A DNA stretch of 64,000 nt from Ignavibacteriales bacterium (GTDB taxonomy: Bacteria; Bacteroidota; Ignavibacteria; UBA10030; UBA6906): contig JBBIRR010000005.1 in the NCBI GenBank assembly GCA_037441705.1, positions 1-64,000 of the forward strand, given 5' to 3'. Positions within the stretch are counted from its first letter, which is position 1. Each line of letters starts with the position of its first letter. Shown here piece after piece: positions 28,858-39,680 of this stretch. Both the position numbers and the translations under genes were made by a program. The notes beneath the pieces were generated by a model. The model was not told where the DNA came from. It saw only the letters and a list, made by a program, of their open reading frames with translations, and did no database searches.

Positions 28858-29750
28858 AGATAACCATCGATAAGAACTCGGGATTCTGCTGGGGTGTGGT
28901 CCGCACCGTCGAGATTGCGGAAGAAGTCTTGCACGAGTCTCCCGAATTGTATTCGCTGGGTCCCATCATTCACAATCCGATGGAGATCAAACGGCTCAAC
29001 GAGAAGGGGCTGGAAACCGTTACGCATGCCGATTTCGAGAGACTCAGCGGCAAGAAAGTCCTTATTCGGGCGCACGGTGAGCCACCCTCGACGTACGCTC
29101 TGGCACGCAAGCACAACATCGAGCTGATCGACGCCACGTGTCCGGTCGTAACAAAAGTCCAGGAACGCATTCGGAAATTCTACGACAAGGGATATCAAGT
29201 CGTTATTTTTGGGAAGAAGGACCATGCCGAGGTGATCGGCCTCGTGGGCCACACCAATGGTGAAGCCATCGTCATCAAGTCCGTTGAGGAGACCGAGCAG
29301 GTTGACCCGACCCGCAAGACGGTGCTCTTTTCTCAGACAACGATGGACAAGCCGACGTTTTATGAAATTGCGAGAGTGCTGAAGGAAAAGATACGGGCAG
29401 AATTCGAGGTAGGAACTTTTGAAGAGGCGGCAATCGACTTCCACGCGAAGGATACGATCTGCGGCCAGGTCTCCGGACGAGACAGGAAACTTCGGGAGTT
29501 TGCCGCGCAGAATGATGTGATAGTTTTCGTCGCGGGACGGAGCTCGTCCAACGGCAAAGTCCTTTTCGATATCTGCCGTTCGGCGAACCCGAGGACCTAC
29601 TTCATCGAAGATGTGTCGGAGCTGCAAGCGGCATGGTTCGAAGGCGTCGAAACGGTGGGCATCAGCGGTGCAACCAGTACGCCGCAGTGGCTGATGGAAA
29701 AAGTGAAAGATGCCATCGAAGCGATGGTTGCTCAACCGGCAACGGCGTGA
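28854..29750 (+). CDS. ispH: 4-hydroxy-3-methylbut-2-enyl diphosphate reductase
   Basis: GFCWGV, IIHN, RAHG, DATCP, HAEV, SQTT, DTIC, SSN, GATSTP. Confidence 0.96.
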   Translation: MKITIDKNSGFCWGVVRTVEIAEEVLHESPELYSLGPIIHNPMEIKRLNEKGLETVTHADFERLSGKKVLIRAHGEPPSTYALARKHNIELIDATCPVVTKVQERIRKFYDKGYQVVIFGKKDHAEVIGLVGHTNGEAIVIKSVEETEQVDPTRKTVLFSQTTMDKPTFYEIARVLKEKIRAEFEVGTFEEAAIDFHAKDTICGQVSGRDRKLREFAAQNDVIVFVAGRSSSNGKVLFDICRSANPRTYFIEDVSELQAAWFEGVETVGISGATSTPQWLMEKVKDAIEAMVAQPATA

Positions 29751-29926
29751 GGACAAGTTTCGGAAACTGTAAACTCAAACGTCATCATAACTAACGACAA
29801 CCCATAACCAACACATGTTCCCTCGGGTGACCTGGCTGTTTGCATGTTGATGACGGTGCAATCAGCGGAGGGCAGCGAGGATGTCCCGGCGGCAACGGGA
29901 CGTTATGTTAAACAACAGGAGGATGA

Positions 29927-31672
29927 ATGGCTGACACAAAAACTGGCGTTACCGATTTGGTGATCGATCGTGAATACGGCGAAGCCGAATACAACGATCT
30001 CAAGAAGCTCTATGAAGGCTCGATGGGCAAGATCAGCGAGGGGGAAATCGTCAAGGGCAGAATCGTCGCGATCTCCGACACTGAAGTCTCGGTGGATATC
30101 GGATTCAAGTCCGAAGGTGTTGTTCCGCTCACTGAGTTCACCAACAAGGATGAGCTGAAAGTCGGCGACGAGATCGAAGTGTTTCTTGAGAGCGTTGAAG
30201 ACAAAGACGGTCAACTTGTGCTCTCCCGCAAGCGCGCGGACTTCATGCGCGTGTGGGAGCGAGTGACCAAAGCGTACGAAACGGGGGAAGTCCTGCAAGG
30301 CCGCTGCGTCCGTCGCATCAAAGGCGGCATTGTCGTGGATCTGTTGGGAATTGATGCCTTCCTTCCCGGTTCGCAAATCGACGTGCGACCCGTTCGGGAT
30401 TTCGACGCCTTCATCGGAAAGACGCTGGATTTTCGTGTTGTGAAGATCAATCATCCTTCCGAGAACGTCGTCGTCAGCCACAAGGTGCTCGTCGAGGAAG
30501 AGATGTCGGAGCAGCGCCAGGCGATCATCGCTTCGCTGGAGAAAGGGCAGGTTCTTGAAGGCACCGTCAAAGCCATCACGGACTTCGGCGTGTTTGTCGA
30601 TCTTGGCGGGGTGGACGGCCTCGTCCACATCACCGACCTGTCGTGGGGTCGTATCAACCATCCTTCCGAGGTTGTGAAGCTCGACCAGAAAATCAACGTT
30701 GTGGTGCTGGACTTCGATCAGGAAAAGAAGCGCATCTCGTTGGGATACAAGCAGCTTCAGCCTCATCCGTGGGAGAACATCGAGCAGAAGTATCCCGTCG
30801 GCACAAGGGTCGTCGGCAAAGTCGTCTCGCTCGCCGACTACGGCGCGTTCGTTGAGATCGAGAAGGGCATCGAAGGTCTCATTCACATCTCCGAAATGAG
30901 CTGGACGCAGCACATCAAGCATCCGTCGCAGGTGGTCTCGATGGGACAAATGGTGGATGCCGTTATTCTCTCGCTCGACAAAGAGAATAAGAAACTTTCG
31001 CTCGGCATCAAGCAGCTCGAACCCGATCCATGGCTGACGCTCATGCAGAAGTACCCGGTCGGCTCGCGCCACAAGGGCATCGTTCGCAATCTGACGAACT
31101 TCGGCGTCTTCGTGGAATTGGAGCAGGGCGTTGACGGTCTCGTTCACATCTCCGACCTGTCGTGGACGAAGAAGATTCGCCACCCCGGTGAGGTTGTGAA
31201 GAAGGGAGACGAAATCGAAGTCGTGATCCTCGGCGTGGATGTCGAGCAGCGCCGGATCTCTCTCGGTCACAAGCAAATCGAGGACAACCCGTGGGATCGC
31301 TTCGGCGAGATGTACAAAGCAGGAACGGAAGTCGAGGGCAAAATTGTCCGCATCATCGAGAAGGGCGTGATCGTTGAACTGCCGTTAGGTGTTGATGGCT
31401 TCGTACCTGTGTCCCAACTTGCCCAGACGCAGATCAAGAACATCGCCGATAAATTCAAGGTTGGCGACGTCTTGCCGTTGAAGGTGTTGGAGTTCGAGAA
31501 GGACTCGAAGAAGATTGTCCTCTCGGCGGTCGAGGCTCTGAAGGACAAGGAAGCGCATCTGGTTGACGAGTACATGGCGAAGCACAAGCTTCCTCCGGTC
31601 ACCATCGGCGAATCGGCCACGATTACCGGAACTCCGGCAGCAGAGGATACGTCCATTCCGGCAGAGAACTGA
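29927..31672 (+). CDS. rpsA: 30S ribosomal protein S1
   Basis: Six S1 repeats ([30 protein letters not shown]...); SD AGGAGG. Confidence 0.97.
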   Translation: MADTKTGVTDLVIDREYGEAEYNDLKKLYEGSMGKISEGEIVKGRIVAISDTEVSVDIGFKSEGVVPLTEFTNKDELKVGDEIEVFLESVEDKDGQLVLSRKRADFMRVWERVTKAYETGEVLQGRCVRRIKGGIVVDLLGIDAFLPGSQIDVRPVRDFDAFIGKTLDFRVVKINHPSENVVVSHKVLVEEEMSEQRQAIIASLEKGQVLEGTVKAITDFGVFVDLGGVDGLVHITDLSWGRINHPSEVVKLDQKINVVVLDFDQEKKRISLGYKQLQPHPWENIEQKYPVGTRVVGKVVSLADYGAFVEIEKGIEGLIHISEMSWTQHIKHPSQVVSMGQMVDAVILSLDKENKKLSLGIKQLEPDPWLTLMQKYPVGSRHKGIVRNLTNFGVFVELEQGVDGLVHISDLSWTKKIRHPGEVVKKGDEIEVVILGVDVEQRRISLGHKQIEDNPWDRFGEMYKAGTEVEGKIVRIIEKGVIVELPLGVDGFVPVSQLAQTQIKNIADKFKVGDVLPLKVLEFEKDSKKIVLSAVEALKDKEAHLVDEYMAKHKLPPVTIGESATITGTPAAEDTSIPAEN

Positions 31673-31773
31673 CACCGAACCAGACCTGTCACTCTACACC
31701 CGCTCGATGATTATCGGGCGGGTGATTTTGTATCATGAGGGGAAACACAGTTGATGAAAAGGGGCATGCTGTT

Positions 31774-33096
31774 GTGAGCAAGCGTGTTGCACTCCATACG
31801 CTCGGTTGCAAATTGAACTACGCGGAGACCTCCATGCTCGGCAAGCAGTTTGCCGACCGAGGTTTTGAGGTTGTCGCCTTCGGCGAGCCGGCGGATGTGT
31901 ACGTCATCAATACGTGCAGCGTCACCGAGCGTGCCGACCGCGAATGCCGGCAGATCATCCGTCGGGCGCTGCGCTATGCGGGCAATCCGTTTGTGATCGT
32001 CACGGGGTGCTATGCGCAGCTTGAGCCGGAAGAAGTCGCCTCCATCGAGGGTGTGGACGTCGTGTTGGGAGCAAAAGAAAAGTTTCACGTGTTCGACTAC
32101 GTCGGGCAGCTCGAAAAGAAACTCTATCCTGCCGTCTTCGTGTCCGATATTGACAGCGTTGAGGACTTCGGCATTGCATACTCGACCAACGCGTCGGATC
32201 GGACTCGAGCGTTCCTCAAAGTCCAGGATGGATGCGACTACAACTGCAGCTTCTGCACGATTCCGCTTGCGCGCGGAGCGAGCCGGAGTCAATCCATCGA
32301 GGCGTGCGTCGCGCAAGCACGAACGCTGGTGGAGCAGGGCTACAAAGAAATTGTGCTGACCGGCGTGAACGTGGGTGATTACGGAAAGAAGAACGGATCG
32401 AACCTTATCTCCCTGTTGCGGGGATTGATTCGTGTGGAGGGTCTCGAACGTGTGCGCATCAGCTCGATTGAGCCGAACTTGCTCAGCGGCGAGATTCTTG
32501 AACTCGTTGCAAGCGAGAAGAAGCTGTGCAAGCACTTCCACATTCCTTTGCAGAGCGGTTCCGATGAGATTCTCCGCCTGATGCGCCGACGATATACCAC
32601 GCGGCAGTATCAGGAGTTGATTCATCGGATTCGCAGCCGCATTCCCGACTGCGGCATCGGTGTTGATGTGATTGTAGGATTTCCGGGAGAGACGGACAGG
32701 CATTTCGACGCGACGCATCTCTTTCTTGCCGAACTTCCGATCTCGTACCTTCATGTGTTCACGTATTCCGAGAGACCGAATACGCCCGCAGCGGCGTTCC
32801 CGCATCCGGTGGAGCCGAAGGTCCGCTTCGCCAGGAATGCTGAACTGCGCATCCTCGGTCAGAAAAAGAAGCAAGCCTTCATGCGGTCAATGATCGGCAG
32901 GACGGTTGACGTGTTGATGGAGGGCGAGATCGAACACGGCATGCGGCTCGGGTTTACGGACAATTACATCCGTGTGGCCCTGCCCGCCGATGAAACCTCG
33001 GAGAACGAGATCGTGCACGCGGAGCTGACCGAGGTGGTGGAGGACCGGTGTGTAGGACGCGTGGCATGCATGCACCGAAAGGCAGCACACGCATGA
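31774..33096 (+). CDS. mtaB: tRNA t6A methylthiotransferase
   Basis: TLGCKLN, INTCSVT, TGCYAQ, RTRAFLKVQDGCDYNCSFC, HVFTYSERP. Confidence 0.92.
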   Translation: MSKRVALHTLGCKLNYAETSMLGKQFADRGFEVVAFGEPADVYVINTCSVTERADRECRQIIRRALRYAGNPFVIVTGCYAQLEPEEVASIEGVDVVLGAKEKFHVFDYVGQLEKKLYPAVFVSDIDSVEDFGIAYSTNASDRTRAFLKVQDGCDYNCSFCTIPLARGASRSQSIEACVAQARTLVEQGYKEIVLTGVNVGDYGKKNGSNLISLLRGLIRVEGLERVRISSIEPNLLSGEILELVASEKKLCKHFHIPLQSGSDEILRLMRRRYTTRQYQELIHRIRSRIPDCGIGVDVIVGFPGETDRHFDATHLFLAELPISYLHVFTYSERPNTPAAAFPHPVEPKVRFARNAELRILGQKKKQAFMRSMIGRTVDVLMEGEIEHGMRLGFTDNYIRVALPADETSENEIVHAELTEVVEDRCVGRVACMHRKAAHA

Positions 33097-34400
33097 AGAT
33101 CAAGACGGTGGAGCCGCACAGCATCGCCGAAGAACTGGGCATTCGACCCGGCGACGAAGTTCTCGAAATCAACGGCAAACGCATTGCCGATGTACTTGAT
33201 TATCGGTTCTACGAAAGCGATCCGGAAATCTCCGTCAAGATTGCTCGCAGGGGCGAGATCACCATCTACGATATTGAGAAGGATGACGGCGAACGGCTCG
33301 GCCTGGAGTTTGAAGATTTCAGAATTCTCTCCTGCGGCAACGATTGCATCTTCTGCTTTGTCGATCAGAATCCGAAGGGATTGCGAAACCAGCTCTACTT
33401 CCGCGATGGCGACTACCGGCTGTCATTTCTGTACGGCAATTACACCACCATGACCAACGCCGGCCCGGCGATCCTCCGGAGGATCATCCAGCAGCGCCTT
33501 TCTCCGCAATACATCTCCGTTCATGTTACCGACTACGCCATCCGCAAGAAGCTGATGGGGCTGAAGAAAGACGACCGGATTCTCGAAAAGATCCAACTCC
33601 TGCACGATCACGGCATCGACATGCACACGCAGATTGTGCTGTGCCCCGGGATCAATGACGGCGCGGCGCTGGAGAAAACCGTATTCGATCTCTATCAATT
33701 CAACAAACATATCATCTCGCTTGCGATCGTCCCCGTCGGCCTGACCGATCATCGGTTTGGATTGTACGAGCTGAAGAAAGTTGATCGCGCCTACGCAAAC
33801 GCATTGCTCGACACGATCCAGCCGTGGCAGCAACGCTTTCGCCGCGACATCGGCAGAGCGTTCGTGTACGCGTCCGATGAATTCCACATCGTCGCGGGGC
33901 GGGACATCCCGGGCGAAGAATACTACGACGGCTTCCCGCAAACCGAGAATGGCGTCGGCATTGTGCGGGCATTCCTTTCCGACTTCGAGCGGCAGGCGAA
34001 GAAATTTCCCCACACTCTCTCCGCGCGCACACAGCTTACCCTTGCGACTGCAGAACTTCCCGCCGACGTCATGCAGCGGTTCATCCTTCCCTCGCTGCAG
34101 CAGATAGCAAACCTCGATGCGCGGCTGGAGGTTGTACCGAACGTGCTCTTCGGGCGAAGCGTCACCGTTGCTGGACTTCTTTCGGGAAAATGCTTAGTAT
34201 CATCGTTGCATGGGAAGGAGTTAGGCGATCTTCTGCTGCTTCCTCCCGATATCGTCAACCACGATGCCCTCTTTCTCGACGACATGACGGTGCCTGCACT
34301 TGAAGAGACACTCAACGTTCCCGTGATGGTGTTCAAGGGACGTTGGAGCGATGTGTTCGACAGACTACGGAGACGAGCTGAACTTCTTGCTACTGCTTGA
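33093..34400 (+). CDS. PDZ-like + radical SAM (DUF512) protein
   Basis: SIAEELGIRPGD..ING; CGNDCIFC (CX3CX2C); DYRLSFLYGNY, QIVLCPGINDG, PQTENGVG, VTVAGLLSG. Confidence 0.88.
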   Translation: MKIKTVEPHSIAEELGIRPGDEVLEINGKRIADVLDYRFYESDPEISVKIARRGEITIYDIEKDDGERLGLEFEDFRILSCGNDCIFCFVDQNPKGLRNQLYFRDGDYRLSFLYGNYTTMTNAGPAILRRIIQQRLSPQYISVHVTDYAIRKKLMGLKKDDRILEKIQLLHDHGIDMHTQIVLCPGINDGAALEKTVFDLYQFNKHIISLAIVPVGLTDHRFGLYELKKVDRAYANALLDTIQPWQQRFRRDIGRAFVYASDEFHIVAGRDIPGEEYYDGFPQTENGVGIVRAFLSDFERQAKKFPHTLSARTQLTLATAELPADVMQRFILPSLQQIANLDARLEVVPNVLFGRSVTVAGLLSGKCLVSSLHGKELGDLLLLPPDIVNHDALFLDDMTVPALEETLNVPVMVFKGRWSDVFDRLRRRAELLATA

Positions 34401-34436
34401 TTCATGTGACTTCTCGCTCGTACGAAAGGGTACTCC

Positions 34437-35198
34437 ATGCGCCGCGTCCAACTCGTCTTTGCGTTCTTCGTTTTTGTTCGTTCACCTCTGTTTGCCGACG
34501 AACCGCGTCCGATAAACAGAGATGCCATTCGCCAGGACCTGTTTTCGGCGAGCGTGCCCGCGGTCGGTCTCTCTGCCCCATCTCTGCAAGGCGAAGAACC
34601 TGCCTCGAAGAAAAAATCCCCGGCTCTTGCTGCTCTTCTGTCACTTGCCGTGCCGGGACTCGGCGAGCATTATGCAGGTGATTTCGGCGGTGGGAAGTAT
34701 TTCGTGGTGGCCGAGGGGGCGTTGTGGCTGACCTATGCCACCTTCCACGTGTATGGCAACTCGTTACGCGACGATGCTCGAGCCTTTGCAGCCATCCATG
34801 CGGGTCTGAATCCTGCAGGCAAGGACGATCAGTTTTACGTTGATGTCGGCAACTTCATCAACACGCAGGAGTTCAACGACAAGCGTTTGCAGGAGCGGTC
34901 GCCGGAGCGTCTCTATGATGCTCAGGCGGGCTATTTCTGGCAGTGGGATTCGGACGCCAATCGCGCGGCGTTCCGAGAGAAACGCATCTCTGCCGAAACC
35001 GTGCTGAACAATCGGAAGTTCGTCGTGGCGGCAATTGTGGTTAACCACGTCGTCAGCGCTATCAATGCAGCGCGACTGGCGATCTCCCACAACAACGCTT
35101 TGTTAGAGTCGCTGGGAACGGTGGATGTGCGCGCCGATGTGATGGGAGGAGTTGCCGATCCGCACGGGATTCGCCTCACGTTGATCAAGACATTCTGA
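34437..35198 (+). CDS. Conserved hypothetical membrane/exported protein
   Basis: Signal-like N-terminus; KKSPALAALLSLAVPGLGEHY (TM2/DUF5683-like motif). Confidence 0.7.
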   Translation: MRRVQLVFAFFVFVRSPLFADEPRPINRDAIRQDLFSASVPAVGLSAPSLQGEEPASKKKSPALAALLSLAVPGLGEHYAGDFGGGKYFVVAEGALWLTYATFHVYGNSLRDDARAFAAIHAGLNPAGKDDQFYVDVGNFINTQEFNDKRLQERSPERLYDAQAGYFWQWDSDANRAAFREKRISAETVLNNRKFVVAAIVVNHVVSAINAARLAISHNNALLESLGTVDVRADVMGGVADPHGIRLTLIKTF

Positions 35199-35306
35199 TT
35201 CATGTTCTGCAAACCGCGAAGCAGGGTTGCATGCGGCCGTGCATTCGTTCGTGCGGATGTGTGGCTGAGCGTCGTGACAGAAAGGAACATCAGATTCTAG
35301 ACTGCG

Positions 35307-36035
35307 ATGCGCAACATCAAACTTGTACTCGAATACGACGGGACGGAGTTCGTCGGCTGGCAGAGTCAGACGAACGGCCGCAGTGTTCAGGACGTCATCA
35401 CCAACGTTCTTGACCAAATCCTCCAGGAGCCGATCACATTGATCGGCGCCGGCAGAACGGATTCCGGCGTGCATGCGCGGGGGCAGGTTGCGAACTTCAA
35501 AACCAACTCCACGCTCGGCGTCAGTACCATTCTTACGGCACTCAACGGAACGTTGCCCGAAGACATTTACGTCCACTCCGCCGAAGAAGTGGACGAAAAG
35601 TTTCATGCCCGGTTCGACGCGAAGGAGCGCCTGTACAGGTACTACATCTCGCTGAAGCCCACGGCGATCGGGCGGCAGTACCACTGGTATGTGAAATACG
35701 ACCTCGATGCAGAACTGATGAATAAAGTCGCGCAGCAGATTATGGGGGAACACGATTTTGCGTCCTTCACAAAATCGGAGTCCCTCGTTCCGCACTACCG
35801 CTGCACCGTCTTTCAGTCGGAATGGACGAAGACGCCGAGCATGCTCATCTATACCATTCGCGCAAATCGCTTTCTGCACGGCATGGTCCGGGCACTTGTC
35901 GGAACGATGGTGGACATCGGGCGTGGCTATATTCCTGCGTCGGCGTTTGAAGAAATCATGGCCGCCAGGGACCGACGCAAGGCGGGCATGGCAGTTCCTG
36001 CATGTGGTTTGTTCCTGGAAGAAATCCGCTACTGA
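35307..36035 (+). CDS. truA: tRNA pseudouridine(38-40) synthase
   Basis: EYDGT..GWQ, GAGRTDSGVHA, FHARF, HDFASF, RFLHGMVR. Confidence 0.96.
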   Translation: MRNIKLVLEYDGTEFVGWQSQTNGRSVQDVITNVLDQILQEPITLIGAGRTDSGVHARGQVANFKTNSTLGVSTILTALNGTLPEDIYVHSAEEVDEKFHARFDAKERLYRYYISLKPTAIGRQYHWYVKYDLDAELMNKVAQQIMGEHDFASFTKSESLVPHYRCTVFQSEWTKTPSMLIYTIRANRFLHGMVRALVGTMVDIGRGYIPASAFEEIMAARDRRKAGMAVPACGLFLEEIRY

Positions 36036-36085
36036 GTTCCAGCCGCGACGTCGGGAACCTCCGTCATCCGAAATTGTGAAATGGC

Positions 36086-37894
36086 ATGAAGTTCACGCGC
36101 AGTATTCTGCTCACGTTCATCGTTGCACGCATTGCAATGGCCGGCTCCCCGTCTATATCCTACACTCTCGCAATGCCGAATCCTGCTTCGCATCTGTTCG
36201 AAGTCGAGCTGCGCTTCGACGGCCTTGATCGAAGCGACTCGACGTTGGAGCTTTCTCTTCCCGTCTGGCGGACCGGCCGCTATGTGGTGCTCGATCCTGC
36301 AGGCGGCGTGGTCTCGTTCGACGCGGTGGATGGTCGGAACAACCCGCTTCGCTGGAAAAAAACGAGCAAGAGTACATGGGTGATTGAGACGGCAGGGACC
36401 TCACAGGTCGCTGCGCGCTACAGCGTGTTCGCAAACGAGTTTGACCAGCGCACCCGCGGCCTGAACGATGAACGCGCGTTTGTGGATGCTACGACGGTAT
36501 TCATGTACTCTGAGAAATATCGCTGGCATCCCCTCACGCTGACGGTTCGTCCGTTCGATGCATGGCACGTCACGACAGGACTCGACGCCGTGCCCGGCAC
36601 GCTTAACACCTTCTCCGCCCCGAACTACGACCATCTTGCCGACTGCCCGTTGGAGATCGGCACGCAGAAAGTTTTTTCGTTTTCGATCGAGGGCAAGGAA
36701 CATCTCCTGAGCATCACCGGCGAGGGGAATTATGATTCAACGCAACTCATCGCCGATCTGACGACGATTGTGAAGAAGCATGCGCAGTTCTGGGGCGACC
36801 TTCCGTACGATCGTTATGTGTTTTTTCTCGCATTGTCCGCCAATGGAAGCGGGGGGACGGAACATATCAATTCGTGTGTGATGGGCGCCCGCCCGTTCAT
36901 TTTCCAGGACCCGATCGCCTACAAGAAATTTCTCGGGCTTGTCTCTCATGAATTCTTCCATACCTGGAACGTGAAACGCCTCCGTCCTGCCGGCCTTCAG
37001 ACCTATGATTGGACGAAGGAGAATTACGTCGAAGAACTGTGGGTTGCCGAAGGAACGACGTCCTATTATGATGACCTTCTGCTTGTTCGGTGTGGCCTGA
37101 TGACGGAGACAGAGTATCTGGGCAAGCTTGCCGACGCCGTCAATGAAGACCGGCAGCGACCGGGCAACCTGCGTGAGTCGCTTGCACAGGCGAGTTACGA
37201 CGCGTGGATTCGGTATTGGAAAAGCTCGAAGCACGCGGTGAACTTCGAGACCGACTACTACGCTCGAGGCGCAGCGGTCAGCTTCGTTCTTGACATGACG
37301 ATTCGCCAGGCAACAAACAACCGCCGCTCCCTCGATGACGTCCTGCGGACGATGTACGTCCGCTTTCCTCTCGGCAGAGGATACACCAACGCCGATTTGC
37401 AGGCGGTGTGCGAGCAGATCAGCGGCAAAAGTTTCAAGGAGTTTTTTCACGACTACGTGTACGGCACAGAGCCACTCCCCTGGTCGCAGGCCCTTGCAAC
37501 GGTGGGACTGGAACTGCAACGCAAGTCACCAGAGGAGAAGCCATGGCTCGGCCTGACAACCGTAGATGAGGCACGTGCAACGCGAGTCACGCGCGTCTTT
37601 GCCGGCTCGCCTGCGTATGAAGCCGGGCTTGATGTGGATGACGAGATCATTGCCCTCAACGGCTACAAGGTTCGTTCCGCCGACTTGAGCGCTCGCGTCG
37701 ACCGAATGAAAGAAGGCGACACCGTGCGGCTTACAGTTTTCCGGAGCGATAAACTCCGAGACTTCAGTATCACTCTTCGACGGCCGGCCTTGCCCGCAGT
37801 CCGGGTTATGAAAGTCGAGAAGCCGACCGCGCTGCAACAGGCGGCATATGAATCGTGGCTCTCTGTTCCTTTTGAAGAGAAGAGTTCGCGATGA
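36086..37894 (+). CDS. M61 family aminopeptidase with PDZ domain
   Basis: Signal peptide; GGTEH, SHEFFHTWNVKRLRP, LWVAEGTTSYY, YYARGA; PDZ (GSPAYEAGL). Confidence 0.92.
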   Translation: MKFTRSILLTFIVARIAMAGSPSISYTLAMPNPASHLFEVELRFDGLDRSDSTLELSLPVWRTGRYVVLDPAGGVVSFDAVDGRNNPLRWKKTSKSTWVIETAGTSQVAARYSVFANEFDQRTRGLNDERAFVDATTVFMYSEKYRWHPLTLTVRPFDAWHVTTGLDAVPGTLNTFSAPNYDHLADCPLEIGTQKVFSFSIEGKEHLLSITGEGNYDSTQLIADLTTIVKKHAQFWGDLPYDRYVFFLALSANGSGGTEHINSCVMGARPFIFQDPIAYKKFLGLVSHEFFHTWNVKRLRPAGLQTYDWTKENYVEELWVAEGTTSYYDDLLLVRCGLMTETEYLGKLADAVNEDRQRPGNLRESLAQASYDAWIRYWKSSKHAVNFETDYYARGAAVSFVLDMTIRQATNNRRSLDDVLRTMYVRFPLGRGYTNADLQAVCEQISGKSFKEFFHDYVYGTEPLPWSQALATVGLELQRKSPEEKPWLGLTTVDEARATRVTRVFAGSPAYEAGLDVDDEIIALNGYKVRSADLSARVDRMKEGDTVRLTVFRSDKLRDFSITLRRPALPAVRVMKVEKPTALQQAAYESWLSVPFEEKSSR

Positions 37895-39603
37895 GCTGGC
37901 TCTTCGCCGCCGTTGCTGATGACCTCACACCCGAACAGCAGGAACGGTTTCGTTCTATACATTCACCTCCTCTTCAGAGTGTGATCACTGAATCTCTGTA
38001 TGTCGCGATCGGAGGCCTTGAGGAAACAACGAGATTCCGGGCGGATGGCGCTTCGGGCTTTGCAGTCGTTGGAACAGGCATTCGGCTGAGAGAAGGATTC
38101 TGCGAGTTCCTCACGACGGATGAGTGGGGACGCGTGCTTACTGGTTCACCTCCCAATCTTTCTCAACTCGACGGGCACTTTCTCGCTCTGCGATGGGAGG
38201 GGAAAACACTTGAGGCATGGACCGATCAGATTGGGCTTCGCACAGTTTATGCAGCACGGTATTCCCACGGTTATGTGCTTTCGACACGCCTGGACTGGGT
38301 GGCGAAAGTCAGCGGTTGTTCCGAGATTGATTTTGATCAGCTCGGATCGAGTTGGTTGCTGACCAACCAGATGGCGTACAACTCGGCGGTCAAGGGCGTT
38401 TCACGTCTTGGTCCTGGCGGGACGCTGATGTGCACACCGCACACATTGCGGATACAGAGCAAACCGTGGACGCCGGACTTCGAGACGGATTCCACGGCCT
38501 CGATGATGCGGCCGCTGCAAAGCCTTGTCGCACCGCGCGTCGAGCCACCCCGGATTTTGTCGCTCGGACTCTCGGGCGGCTTTGATTGCCGCGTGCTGCT
38601 TGCACTGCTGCTCAAACGCCAGACGCCGTTTGGGCTTCATTCGTTCGGCCATCCCGATGATCCCGATGTGGTGATGGCCAGACGGATCGCGGAGGGAGAG
38701 AGCCTTTCGCATGTGGTGTTGACATCTACACCTGAGGACGTGCCGAGTTTCATCCGGCGTTTGCATGACTACGTCGCGCAGGTGGGGATCGTTGCTCCGG
38801 CGTCGTTGCTGTTGAAGGTACGGTACTATTCAGAGCTCCATCAACAGCATCGGATGTTGATTGATGGGGGATATGGAGAGATCTCGCGCCGACAGATGGG
38901 AAATCGTCTGCTGCGGAAAGGACCTGCTCTGCTGCGCAGAGGGAAGCCCGAAGAGTTGTTTCGACTACTCTCCAGCCCGCGTCCACCAATCTTTCTTCCG
39001 GAGGTAGAGCGGCGGATGGTGGCGGGCGCGAAGCAAGAGCTTGCCGACGTGTGGAGTGCTATGCCGCCGGCAAAGGATATCGGTGCAGAAAATTTTGTTG
39101 ACCTGCTTTCGATTCGTGCTCGTGTTGCAAACAACGGTGCGCCCGCGCAGCAGTGGATAGATGGACAGGTCGTGAACTACATGCCGTATGCGCAGCCGAG
39201 TTTCTTGCGAGAAATCTTTCGCACGCCGCTGGCGGCGAGGAGGAACTCGCGCCTGCATCGGCGTGTACTTCGAGAGTCCGCTCCTACATTAGCACGATAT
39301 CCGTTGGTCAAGGAAGGCGTCGTGTATCCCTATGGGCTGACGACTGTGCCCGCGTGGCTCTGGAGAACTGTAGCCTCAAAGGTTGGCAAGAAGTGGATAG
39401 ACGACTCGGCGCATGCCTTCCTCATGCACATAAGAGAGTTTGTGCGCGATACCGTGCATTCACAGGTGGTAAAGGGTTTCGTGTACGACGAGGAAAAGGT
39501 CGTGCGGAATGTCGAACGGTACTATGCCGGAGAGCGCCGCCTGGCGAAGGAGGTCGATTGGTGGCTCACATTCGAACTCTGGCGACGGAGTCTTCTCGTT
39601 TGA
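37891..39603 (+). CDS. Asparagine synthetase B-like protein (degenerate Ntn domain + PP-loop ATPase domain)
   Basis: LDGHF, TDQIGLRTVY, LGLSGGFDCR, DGGYGEISR, LTFELW; no N-terminal Cys. ATGA overlap with the M61 gene. Confidence 0.7.
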   Translation: MSWLFAAVADDLTPEQQERFRSIHSPPLQSVITESLYVAIGGLEETTRFRADGASGFAVVGTGIRLREGFCEFLTTDEWGRVLTGSPPNLSQLDGHFLALRWEGKTLEAWTDQIGLRTVYAARYSHGYVLSTRLDWVAKVSGCSEIDFDQLGSSWLLTNQMAYNSAVKGVSRLGPGGTLMCTPHTLRIQSKPWTPDFETDSTASMMRPLQSLVAPRVEPPRILSLGLSGGFDCRVLLALLLKRQTPFGLHSFGHPDDPDVVMARRIAEGESLSHVVLTSTPEDVPSFIRRLHDYVAQVGIVAPASLLLKVRYYSELHQQHRMLIDGGYGEISRRQMGNRLLRKGPALLRRGKPEELFRLLSSPRPPIFLPEVERRMVAGAKQELADVWSAMPPAKDIGAENFVDLLSIRARVANNGAPAQQWIDGQVVNYMPYAQPSFLREIFRTPLAARRNSRLHRRVLRESAPTLARYPLVKEGVVYPYGLTTVPAWLWRTVASKVGKKWIDDSAHAFLMHIREFVRDTVHSQVVKGFVYDEEKVVRNVERYYAGERRLAKEVDWWLTFELWRRSLLV

Positions 39604-39680
39604 GCGGCACTTTTCGATGAAGGGTTTTTTCGTATTCTTGACGTCTCGCTGTGCATAATCACCAACAGGGAGGATGTACA

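Noticed and set aside
30580-31270. Repeated nucleotide segments in rpsA
   Set aside because: Explained by S1 domain repeats.
28374-32874. Long minus-strand ORFs (460, 457, 387 aa)
   Set aside because: Antisense shadows of cmk/ispH, rpsA and mtaB.
39638-39659. TTGACG...CATAAT promoter before the second TBDR
   Set aside because: The spacer is only 10 nt.
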